From: Deltaproteobacteria bacterium
Lineage (GTDB): Bacteria; Desulfobacterota; Desulfomonilia; UBA1062
Length of the DNA: 64,000 nucleotides
Reading direction: 5' to 3'
NCBI GenBank assembly: GCA_018434685.1
Contig: JAHDOV010000004.1
Span: forward strand, 249,857 to 313,856
Shown here: positions 28,934 through 37,253 of the stretch, piece by piece
Layout of the letters: each line of letters begins with the position of its first letter
How positions within the stretch are numbered: position 1 is the first letter of the stretch
Notes under the pieces: generated by a model
What the model saw: only the letters and a program-made list of their open reading frames with translations
What the model was told of the DNA's origin: nothing
Databases searched by the model: none
Translations under genes and position numbers: made by a program

Positions 28934-30751
28934 CTAAGGCTCTTTGATCTGTTTGAGCTTGCGGGTGATGGTAGAGGGGTCCATCCCGAGGTGAGGCGCG
29001 GCCTGCCGTGCATTGCCGTAGCGCTTTACCGCATCGCGGAGAATGGCGATCTCCATGTTCTGGAGGTACTCTCTGAGGGAGCACCCGAGACACCTGTCGT
29101 CAAAATTCCCCGAGGTATGAAATTCTGCCGGGAGGTGGTGCAGGGTAATGATATCGCTGTGGGTGATTACCACCAGCCGCTCGATGAGGTTGACGAGTTC
29201 CCTGACATTTCCCGGCCAGGTGTACGAACGCATCCGCTCCAGGGCATCCCGGCTGAAACTTTTTTTCCGCGAGTGTTTGCGGTTGAATTTCTTCAGGTAC
29301 AGTTCGATCAGCCGGGGTATGTCCTCGCCACGGTCACGAAGGGGGGGGATATAGATGGGTATGACATTGAGACGGTAGTAGAGGTCCTCGCGGAACTTCT
29401 GCTCCTTGATGAGCTCCCTGAGGTCCTGATTGGTGGCACACACCACCCGGACATCGACCTTGAGCGGCTTGGTTCCTCCGACCCGGGTGATCTCGAAGCT
29501 CTGCAGCACCCTCAGGAGCTTTGACTGCAAGGCAAGGGACATGGATTCCACCTCGTCGAGAAAGATGGTGCCCTTGTGGGCAACCTCGAAGAGTCCCATT
29601 TTCCCTTCTCTTTTTGCCCCGGTGAAGGCCCCTCTCTCATAGCCGAACAGTTCACTCTCCAGCAGGGTCTCGGGTAAAGCGCCGCAGTTCAGTTTTACCA
29701 GGATACCGTCTTTGTTGCGTCTGGAGCGGGCATGAATCTCTTCTGCCACCCGTTCCTTGCCTACCCCTGTCTCTCCGTAAATGAGGATTGTGGTATCGGT
29801 GTCACTTACCCGCTGGACAAGATCGAATACCGATTGCATGCCCTTGGAGGCGATAATGAAGTCGCTCCCCAGGCTCTGCATCTGCTGGAGCTGTTCCTTA
29901 TAGGCGAGGGTCATCTCGATGGAATGTTCCAGCTGCTTGTGGAGATTGACCAGATCGGTCATGTCGCGGACATTCGTGACCACCATGATGATCTTGTCGT
30001 GTTCGTCGAAGATGGGGTTTCCCGTTACCAGGACTTCCTTGCCTGTTTTCAGCTTCTGGGTAAGTGTTACCACGCCGTTTTTTTCAAGCACCTTCAGGGT
30101 AACGCTCTCGCTGTAGTACCCATCTCTGACCAGGTCACGCATGTTACGGCCCAGCACCTCCGATGCATTGATGCCGGTGATGATCTCATAAGCCCTGTTG
30201 AGCTTGATGGTATTGGCATCTCCGTCTGTGACATAAATGCCATCGTAGGAAGAGTCGATGATGGCCTCCACCTGTTTGTTGAGTTCCTGGAACTCAAAGA
30301 GCCGCTGCGAGATATCGTCGAACACATCCATATCCTGAATGATGCTGATTACCCCGACGAAGGCATCCTTCCATATCAGGGGGGTGCGGTTGGCAACAAG
30401 TGGCCGGATCCCCTTCTGTATCGGGACACCGATTTGGGGTTCTCGGTTGGCAATGATTTTTTTGAAGTCGATCCAGCGCACCGGGTCGATCTCGGATACG
30501 TGCATCGTCTCGGTAGAGATGTCTTTTTGAATGTCGAGAAGTTCTCGTGCCTTGTCATTCATGAAAATGAAATTGCCATCGAGGTCGGTGGCGGTGATGC
30601 CAAAGTAGCACGAGTTCAGCAGTGCACTGGCCAGGGTGTCTTGCTGCGAGAGGATTTCTCTGATGAGAATGTCTCTGTCTGCCTTCACGATAGAGGTATT
30701 CTTGCACGAAAGCAGGGTATTTTCAATTGCCAATTCGGGCAATCCGGGCAA
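28934..30751 (-). CDS. PAS-domain sigma54-dependent transcriptional activator
   Basis: Two PAS domains, GETGVGKE, ESELFG, GAFTGA, WPGNVREL, C-terminal HTH. Start codon uncertain. Confidence 0.95.
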   Translation of the reverse strand: MPGLPELAIENTLLSCKNTSIVKADRDILIREILSQQDTLASALLNSCYFGITATDLDGNFIFMNDKARELLDIQKDISTETMHVSEIDPVRWIDFKKIIANREPQIGVPIQKGIRPLVANRTPLIWKDAFVGVISIIQDMDVFDDISQRLFEFQELNKQVEAIIDSSYDGIYVTDGDANTIKLNRAYEIITGINASEVLGRNMRDLVRDGYYSESVTLKVLEKNGVVTLTQKLKTGKEVLVTGNPIFDEHDKIIMVVTNVRDMTDLVNLHKQLEHSIEMTLAYKEQLQQMQSLGSDFIIASKGMQSVFDLVQRVSDTDTTILIYGETGVGKERVAEEIHARSRRNKDGILVKLNCGALPETLLESELFGYERGAFTGAKREGKMGLFEVAHKGTIFLDEVESMSLALQSKLLRVLQSFEITRVGGTKPLKVDVRVVCATNQDLRELIKEQKFREDLYYRLNVIPIYIPPLRDRGEDIPRLIELYLKKFNRKHSRKKSFSRDALERMRSYTWPGNVRELVNLIERLVVITHSDIITLHHLPAEFHTSGNFDDRCLGCSLREYLQNMEIAILRDAVKRYGNARQAAPHLGMDPSTITRKLKQIKEP

Positions 30752-30892
30752 GGGCCTAACACAATGAAATCAAAACATTAAATGCCTTTACGCGGAAGAA
30801 CCCCTGTCTCAGGGTTTCACGTGCACGGGCAGATGCCGTCAATGAGCGTAGAAGGGTCCCCCATAACCGGTAGATGTCGGGTATGGTTGAAT

Positions 30893-31096
30893 TCAGATCT
30901 TGTCGCTAGTGCTGATGCCCAGGTGGGTATACAGTGGGCAGTATCCCGATGCGGCACTGGAGAGCAGGGCACCGCTTGCGACCAGGGAGAGTGCCGTCAC
31001 GAGCCGCACCCTGCCGCTTTTTATCAGGACAATAATCAGTGCCGCTGCCACCACGAATCTGCTGATCCTGTCGAGAAAACCGACGTTTGGTTCCAT
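30893..31096 (-). CDS. YgaP/DUF2892-like small membrane protein
   Basis: NVGxxDRxxR, two TM helices, GYCPLYxxLGIST. GGAGG RBS. Confidence 0.85.
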   Translation of the reverse strand: MEPNVGFLDRISRFVVAAALIIVLIKSGRVRLVTALSLVASGALLSSAASGYCPLYTHLGISTSDKI

Positions 31097-31152
31097 TTCA
31101 TACCTCCGATTACACAGTAGTCTCTTATTTTCAGCTGAAAGACTGCCGCATG

Positions 31153-31683
31153 TCAACCACCATTCCAGTACGAGCCGGCGATAAATGCCCTGATTCCCTC
31201 CAGGGCCTCCCGCCTGGCACATTTCTCCAGATCGATCAGGACATGATCGATGTCCCTGGACAGGGAGCCAAGAAAATCAGCCAACAGCTCTGAGCGCACC
31301 ACCAGAATGCTTCGGTGACGGGTTTTCTCCAATGAGGCAAAGATGGGATAGTGCCCTTTTTTTTCCATCTCGAGCGGACCGAATTCATCGAAGACAAAGG
31401 GGAGATCCGGCGTTATCTCCTGGAAGTGTGTGTTGACGAGATCGAATACCTGCGGATAAAAATAAAATCGCCCGGTGCTCACCTGTGTCGCAATAGGGCT
31501 TGTGGTTGCCATGGGAACGGATCGGTGCTCCGGGAGGATAAGGAGCGAGATCCCGGTAACCGTACCTGCAGAAACCTCCTTGAGGCTCAGAAATCCCTGC
31601 ACCGGAATATCGAGCCCGATGAACAGTTCCTTGAGCAGGGATGTCTTGCCGCGGCCTTTTTCACCGCTCAGCACGAGCATCAT
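31153..31683 (-). CDS. Small P-loop NTPase (THEP1/DUF2478-like)
   Basis: GEKGRGKT Walker A and FVFDEFGPLE Walker B. Confidence 0.82.
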   Translation of the reverse strand: MMLVLSGEKGRGKTSLLKELFIGLDIPVQGFLSLKEVSAGTVTGISLLILPEHRSVPMATTSPIATQVSTGRFYFYPQVFDLVNTHFQEITPDLPFVFDEFGPLEMEKKGHYPIFASLEKTRHRSILVVRSELLADFLGSLSRDIDHVLIDLEKCARREALEGIRAFIAGSYWNGG

Positions 31684-32660
31684 GGCTTGACTCCACCTCC
31701 CAATGAGATTTCCTGGGGATATGTTCCGTAAAAGGTTATATAAAAATGACGCGCTTCCTCGCTCATGTCAAACCGTAGCTGGTCCGGGTAGAGGGTATTG
31801 GCAAGCCACATGATCCCGAGGATGGATTCCGGCGACGGGAGATCCCAGGCATCGATGTAGGAGGGGAAGGTGTGGATTTGTCTGTTCCTGAGAGCAGTCA
31901 GGGTCGAAAGGGCCTTGTCGTTGAGGATCTCCGTGCTGCTGACTCCCTGAAAATAGGGGACCATGACCATGACATCGGGATCCCATGAAACGAGGTGTTC
32001 GCGGGATACCCCAACCCAGCCGCCTTTGAGCTCATGAGATACATTTATCCCGCCGGCATATGTGATAATATGATCCTGATAGAAATCCCCCCCGATTGTT
32101 GTGAGTGTTCTTGCGCCGATGAGATAGACCTTTTTTTTCGGCGAGATGCCAGATGTCTTTGCCGCTATATAGGCAAGCTTGTCCCGGTAATAGGCGGCAA
32201 TCTTTCCTGCATGTTCCTGCTGACCCAGGACGTCTGCAATCATGGACAGCCCGGCGAGCATGGCATCGGGGGTTTCCACCTCGAGACAGAAAACAGCTAT
32301 TCCTGCCTTCTCCAGGCCTTCTACAACCGGGCCGGGCGAGGTGAACACCACATCGGGCTGTAAGCTCAGGATCTCCTCGAGGCTGGAGTGGCGATCGGCA
32401 ATTCCGGCCTGCGCCAATCCGGGATAGAAGATACGGGTGACCCTTGTGGGCATGGTGGAGACGCCGACGATCTTTCCTGCAGCCCCGAGTACCAGGAGCA
32501 TCTCGGTTGCGACTCTGTAGGGAGAGGCTATCCTCGTGATATCCTCCGGAACGGATACCCTTCTGCCCGTCATGTCGATGACGTCCCGGGCATGAAGATT
32601 CGCTGTTTGCAGGACAATCAGAACCAGTACAGACAAGACCAAGGTGATGCGGTTATTCAT
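31680..32660 (-). CDS. ABC substrate-binding protein (BtuF/FecB-like fold)
   Basis: Signal peptide, DMTGRRV, EEILSLQPD, AGGINV, WDLPSPES. Confidence 0.9.
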   Translation of the reverse strand: MNNRITLVLSVLVLIVLQTANLHARDVIDMTGRRVSVPEDITRIASPYRVATEMLLVLGAAGKIVGVSTMPTRVTRIFYPGLAQAGIADRHSSLEEILSLQPDVVFTSPGPVVEGLEKAGIAVFCLEVETPDAMLAGLSMIADVLGQQEHAGKIAAYYRDKLAYIAAKTSGISPKKKVYLIGARTLTTIGGDFYQDHIITYAGGINVSHELKGGWVGVSREHLVSWDPDVMVMVPYFQGVSSTEILNDKALSTLTALRNRQIHTFPSYIDAWDLPSPESILGIMWLANTLYPDQLRFDMSEEARHFYITFYGTYPQEISLGGGVKP

Positions 32661-32796
32661 GGAAGCACCTCCAGTTTTCGTGATCGTGCAGGGCCGATTC
32701 GGGGCATTCTATGGGTGAGAACCTTGGGGCCTGGATAAAGTTGGAAAAGCGCAGTACGTCCAATATAGCCGGAGCAGGGGTTCTTAAGGTTGCAGG

Positions 32797-33807
32797 TCAC
32801 AGGTTGTCTCCATTGGTCCTCTTGAGCAGATAGGCAAAAAACGGGGCTCCGATGATTGCAGTTACAATGCCCAGGGGGATCTCCTGCCCGGTTATCATCC
32901 TGGCAAGGTCATCAACCACAAGCATGTATGCCGAGCCCATGAGCGCGGAGGCCGGCAGGAGCCGGTCATGGTCCGCGCCGACCATCATCCTGCACAGGTG
33001 GGGAACGACGAGGCCTACCCACCCGATAATCCCCGCTATGGCAACTATGGAGGCAGCAATAAGGGTGGAGCACGTAATGATGATGATGTAGAGGACTGAT
33101 GTATTAATGCCGAGCTCCTTCGCCTCATCCGTGCCGAGCGAGAGGATATTGAACCGCCATCTGAGCATGATCAGAACAATGATGCAGAAGATGATCACCG
33201 GTGCAGTTGTCAGCAGGTCGTCTATCTTGACAGATGCCAGGCTCCCCATGAGCCAGAACACGATTGCGGGAAGCTTGGTATAGGTATCTGCAACATACTT
33301 GAGCAGCGAGATGAGGGCAGAGAAGAAAGACCCCACCACGACACCTGCGAGGACAAGGGAATAGGTTGAGAGCCTGTCTCCGAGTCGGGCTATAAGGTAG
33401 GTGATGGTCACTGCGATCATCCCGAACACAAAGGCGAACAGCTGGATCATCTTTGTATCGCTGAACAGGAGAATGGCCAGGGCGGCGCCGAATCCACCGC
33501 CTGAAGATACCCCGAGGATGTAGGGGGAAACCAGGGGATTCCTGAATATTCCCTGGAAGGAGGCCCCGGTGATCCCCAGGCCTGCACCGACGATCATGGC
33601 GATCAAGATCCGGGGGAGCCTGACGTGGAAAAGGACGATGTTTTCCAGGTGGGTTGCCTCGTCGATGGAGGAAGAGAGAGGATGTGCCAGCACCGAGAGC
33701 ACCTCTGAAATGGGGATGCGGTACCTGCCGAGAAACAGCGAAACGAGAAAGATGACCACATTCAAGGCGACCAGGGAACTGAGGTAGTGTCTGAAGGGCT
33801 TCATCAT
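32797..33807 (-). CDS. FecCD/BtuC-family ABC permease
   Basis: RLPR, FRNPLVSP, GIIGWVGLVVPH, EIPLG. Confidence 0.94.
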   Translation of the reverse strand: MMKPFRHYLSSLVALNVVIFLVSLFLGRYRIPISEVLSVLAHPLSSSIDEATHLENIVLFHVRLPRILIAMIVGAGLGITGASFQGIFRNPLVSPYILGVSSGGGFGAALAILLFSDTKMIQLFAFVFGMIAVTITYLIARLGDRLSTYSLVLAGVVVGSFFSALISLLKYVADTYTKLPAIVFWLMGSLASVKIDDLLTTAPVIIFCIIVLIMLRWRFNILSLGTDEAKELGINTSVLYIIIITCSTLIAASIVAIAGIIGWVGLVVPHLCRMMVGADHDRLLPASALMGSAYMLVVDDLARMITGQEIPLGIVTAIIGAPFFAYLLKRTNGDNL

Positions 33808-34829
33808 TTTCCCAGTACCTGCGTGATCTCATGCCTGTCAGGGGTGTATCCGTAACACGTGCTGTAGAAAGAGACCATCTCCTGGGCCATGTCGAAGCGC
33901 ACCTCCTTCGGGTAGAGTTTGCTGGCAAGCCACATGATGCCGAGGAGCGACTCGGGCGTGGGGACATCCCACGAGCCGATGAAGTAGGGCGACATGTACA
34001 CATTGCCTGAGAGTACCGCGCGAAGTCCGGCAAGACGCGGGTCTTTCGTAAAGCTCTCAACACGAGCGGTTCCGTAATTGCCGATGAAGATACAGTCCGG
34101 GTTCCATGCCAGCAGGTGCTCGACGGATATGCTGCACCAGCCGCCGCGTGCCTGGTGAGCCACATTGGTCCCTCCGGCATACTCGATGACGAAATTCTGG
34201 TAGTAGTCACCGCCGGCAGTACTGAGCATATCCGGTCCGGCAAAGTATACCCGTTTCTTTTCCGGCAGGGTTGAGGTCGTTTCCTCAATAGCATCGAGGT
34301 GTCTCCTGTAGAAGTCCACCACCTCTGCTGCACGCTCCTGTCTGTTCATGATCTCTCCCACCAGAACGATGCCCTCCATGAGGGCTTCCGGGGTCTCGAG
34401 CTTCAAACAGACAGTCGCTATGCCGGTGTCATGAAAATTGCTGCCCCGGGAATTTCTCATGTGGGTAAAAACCACATCCGGTCTCATCTTGATGATCTCT
34501 TCTGCGGAGATGTCTCCGTTCGAGGACTTCCCGGGCCGGTATATCCGGTCTATGGGGGGATAGATCCTGCTCATGACGGGGTTCACATCCATAGCGGAGA
34601 TTCCCACGAGCGTCTCCTGGGCCCCTACGAGAAAAATGAGCTGGGTAGCGATGGGGTAGATGGCAGTAACCACACGGTTGACCTGCGCGGGGATATGAAC
34701 CGTGTTACCGGCCATGTCCACTATGAGCCGGTCATTCTTCGTTGTCCCTGATTCTGACGGGTAGAGCATGGCCAGGGCAAAGAGGATGATGACCAGGGCA
34801 GGCAAAGCGAAAACGACAATCTTTTTCAT
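33804..34829 (-). CDS. ABC substrate-binding protein (BtuF/FecB-like), paralogue of 31680..32660
   Basis: DMAGNTV, AGGTNV, WDVPTPES. Confidence 0.9.
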   Translation of the reverse strand: MKKIVVFALPALVIILFALAMLYPSESGTTKNDRLIVDMAGNTVHIPAQVNRVVTAIYPIATQLIFLVGAQETLVGISAMDVNPVMSRIYPPIDRIYRPGKSSNGDISAEEIIKMRPDVVFTHMRNSRGSNFHDTGIATVCLKLETPEALMEGIVLVGEIMNRQERAAEVVDFYRRHLDAIEETTSTLPEKKRVYFAGPDMLSTAGGDYYQNFVIEYAGGTNVAHQARGGWCSISVEHLLAWNPDCIFIGNYGTARVESFTKDPRLAGLRAVLSGNVYMSPYFIGSWDVPTPESLLGIMWLASKLYPKEVRFDMAQEMVSFYSTCYGYTPDRHEITQVLGK

Positions 34830-35638
34830 GAGGTGAAGTTCCCCCGGCTGAGATGATCCAGGGCCGGCATGACCCCGCGGATGAGATTTTCCTTTCTTAT
34901 TTCTTCCACATCCACTGCATAGACCTGTTTGATGTTTCTGCTGTTTATCACCTCCTGGGGCGATCCCCTGGAGATGATCCTACCTTGGTGGAGGATCATG
35001 ACCTCATCGGCATAGTTCAGTGCGTGGTTCGGATCGTGCGTTGCAATGATGGCGAGAAGTCCTTTGTCCCTGACGAGCCGTTTGAGAATCGACAGGACAC
35101 GGATCTGGTTTCTGAAGTCCAGGTGATTCGTGGGTTCGTCGAGGATCATGATCGGTGTGTTCTGGGCAAGGGCGCGGGCTATGAGGACGAGCTGGCGTTC
35201 ACCGCCGCTGATCTTGGTATAGAGCTTATCGGACAGGTGTGTAATCCCGGTCTCATGCATGGCCTCCTGCGCGATGGCCTTGTCTTTCTCGGACGGATTC
35301 GAGAATGAACCGATATAGGGGGCCCTGCCCATGATCACCATGTTGCTCACCAGGTAGGGAAAAATGATCGTATGTTCCTGCGGCACGACACTCATCAATC
35401 GTGCGCATTCCTGTCTGCTCAGGCTCTCAATGGATCTGCCGGCAATGGTAATGCTGCCGGCATCACGGGAAAGGATACCGGAGAGGCATCTGAGAATGGT
35501 GGTCTTTCCGGAGCCGTTTCCGCCCATGAGCGCATAGAGCATGCCCTTTCTGAACTGAAACGATATATCGTCAAAGACACGCTTGTCTTTCTCGTAGCAG
35601 AAACCGAGATGTTCGACCTCGAGCAGGGGCATGTTCAT
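34826..35638 (-). CDS. ABC transporter ATP-binding protein (FepC/BtuD-like)
   Basis: GGNGSGKT, ISGGERQ, LDEPTNHLD. Confidence 0.95.
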   Translation of the reverse strand: MNMPLLEVEHLGFCYEKDKRVFDDISFQFRKGMLYALMGGNGSGKTTILRCLSGILSRDAGSITIAGRSIESLSRQECARLMSVVPQEHTIIFPYLVSNMVIMGRAPYIGSFSNPSEKDKAIAQEAMHETGITHLSDKLYTKISGGERQLVLIARALAQNTPIMILDEPTNHLDFRNQIRVLSILKRLVRDKGLLAIIATHDPNHALNYADEVMILHQGRIISRGSPQEVINSRNIKQVYAVDVEEIRKENLIRGVMPALDHLSRGNFTS

Positions 35639-35639
35639 T

Positions 35640-36269
35640 TCATGAATCCTGCACGAGGCGGAAGGTGATGGGTATGCTCAGCGTCAGGGTTTCATCTGGC
35701 GGGGGAGGGAAGATACAGTGCTCTATCGTCGTGAGCGAGGCCCTGTCGAGAATACCGTAGCCCGATGGATTGGTGATCGAGATGTTGCTTACCTTGCCGG
35801 ATGCATCAATGGTGAAACGGACGTTGACGGTTCCCTCGAGCCCTCTCCTCCTGGCGCTGCTGGGGTAATAGAGGTTATGGCGAATGATCTCGAGGATCTG
35901 CTTCTGGTAGAGGTTCACCATGAGATCTCGATCTACGGCCTGAGGAGCTGCCGGGAGATCCTCCTGTACCGGCTGTGGATCAACAGGGGCTACCTGTTCT
36001 TCCACCGGCGGCTGCGGGGGCTCTTCGGGTTCCGGTTCCGGTTTAGGCTTCGGCTTCGGTTTAGGCTTCGGTTTAGGCTTCGGCTTGGGTGGCGGCGGCG
36101 GTTCCGGGGCGATGACCTTTTCCTGCGGCTGCTCTTTCTGGACCAGGGTCACCACAACCGGCTGGTACCGGGGTTTCATAATATTCGACGCATCCAGGAT
36201 CTCGGTGATTGCGAGATGGATGAAGAGCGATAGAATTATGAAGAACAAAAATTTAATGAGATTTTTCAT
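35640..36269 (-). CDS. tonB: Energy transducer TonB
   Basis: N-terminal TM with His, PK/PE repeats, YPxxARRxGxEG. Confidence 0.92.
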   Translation of the reverse strand: MKNLIKFLFFIILSLFIHLAITEILDASNIMKPRYQPVVVTLVQKEQPQEKVIAPEPPPPPKPKPKPKPKPKPKPKPEPEPEEPPQPPVEEQVAPVDPQPVQEDLPAAPQAVDRDLMVNLYQKQILEIIRHNLYYPSSARRRGLEGTVNVRFTIDASGKVSNISITNPSGYGILDRASLTTIEHCIFPPPPDETLTLSIPITFRLVQDS

Positions 36270-36651
36270 CGGTCACAATCGATATCTTGGTGAGGCCGGT
36301 TTTCCTGAGGGTGTCGAGGATTTCTATAAACACCCCGTACGGCCCGTCTTTATCCTCAAGGAGCAGGATATCCCTTCCCGGGGGTATCCTGACTATGTCA
36401 TCAAGGGTGGCAGGGGAATTGTTGAGGGTAAATGTCCCGTCGCTCGCTATGGCAATGGTGTATGGGTCTGTATGATCCTGGGGCATCGAGGTTTCTGCCT
36501 CGGGCAGGGTCAGATCCATGCTGGGCTCGATGTACGATGTTGTCAGCAGGAAAAAGATGAGCAGGAGAAAGACGATATCCACCATGGGCGTGACATCGAG
36601 AGAGGAAAACCCATCGCTTTTGGATTTATTGTTTATCCGTATCATTGCCAT
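36253..36651 (-). CDS. exbD: ExbD/TolR family protein
   Basis: DVTPMVDIVFLLLIFF. Confidence 0.92.
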   Translation of the reverse strand: MAMIRINNKSKSDGFSSLDVTPMVDIVFLLLIFFLLTTSYIEPSMDLTLPEAETSMPQDHTDPYTIAIASDGTFTLNNSPATLDDIVRIPPGRDILLLEDKDGPYGVFIEILDTLRKTGLTKISIVTDEKSH

Positions 36652-37171
36652 GCTCGATGATCTCCAGTTCTGCCTGTCGTGCTGTCATCTTGGCGATTCT
36701 GCCTACGAGATGCGAAAGATAATGATACATGAAGAAGGTCACGATCGCCACGATGAGACCTTCTGCCGTGGTAAGCAGCGCGACCCAGATACCCGAGGCG
36801 AGAATCGCGGGCTTCACCGTGCCCCCCATCTCGGAGACCTGCTTGAAGGCCTGGATCATGCCGAGGACCGTACCGAGCAGTCCCAGCAGGGGCGCTACGG
36901 TGGATATCAGCCGAAGGAAGGTGATGCTCGAGGACAGGTGCTCCACCTTGTCTTCTATCCTGTATGCAATCAGCTCCGAAAGCTGCCCTGCAGGCATGCC
37001 GGCATGTTCTCGCATCAGGGAAAGGATGGTCTCCATAAAGGCCTTGCCCTGCTTTGAACGGACTCGCTCCCAGTGCAGGGAGATGAATCGTTCCAAAAAC
37101 AGGGCGAGGGAAATAACGGAGATTCCTGCCAGGATATACCCTACAATGCCACTTTTTTCTAACCACTCCAT
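36626..37171 (-). CDS. exbB: ExbB/TolQ/MotA proton channel family protein
   Basis: APLLGLLGTVLGMI, GIxxALLTT. Confidence 0.92.
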   Translation of the reverse strand: MEWLEKSGIVGYILAGISVISLALFLERFISLHWERVRSKQGKAFMETILSLMREHAGMPAGQLSELIAYRIEDKVEHLSSSITFLRLISTVAPLLGLLGTVLGMIQAFKQVSEMGGTVKPAILASGIWVALLTTAEGLIVAIVTFFMYHYLSHLVGRIAKMTARQAELEIIEHGNDTDKQ

Positions 37172-37253
37172 GTTATACTCCTGATGATATCGACCCCGGG
37201 AAGCAGGAATGCCGCCCGGGGCACGTGCTGTACTGTTTTTCGTCGGTGCGCGT

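Noticed and set aside
36020-36105. Short tandem repeats (ggcttc/ggttta)
   Set aside because: They encode the Pro-Lys/Pro-Glu linker of TonB, so they are not an independent repeat or CRISPR.
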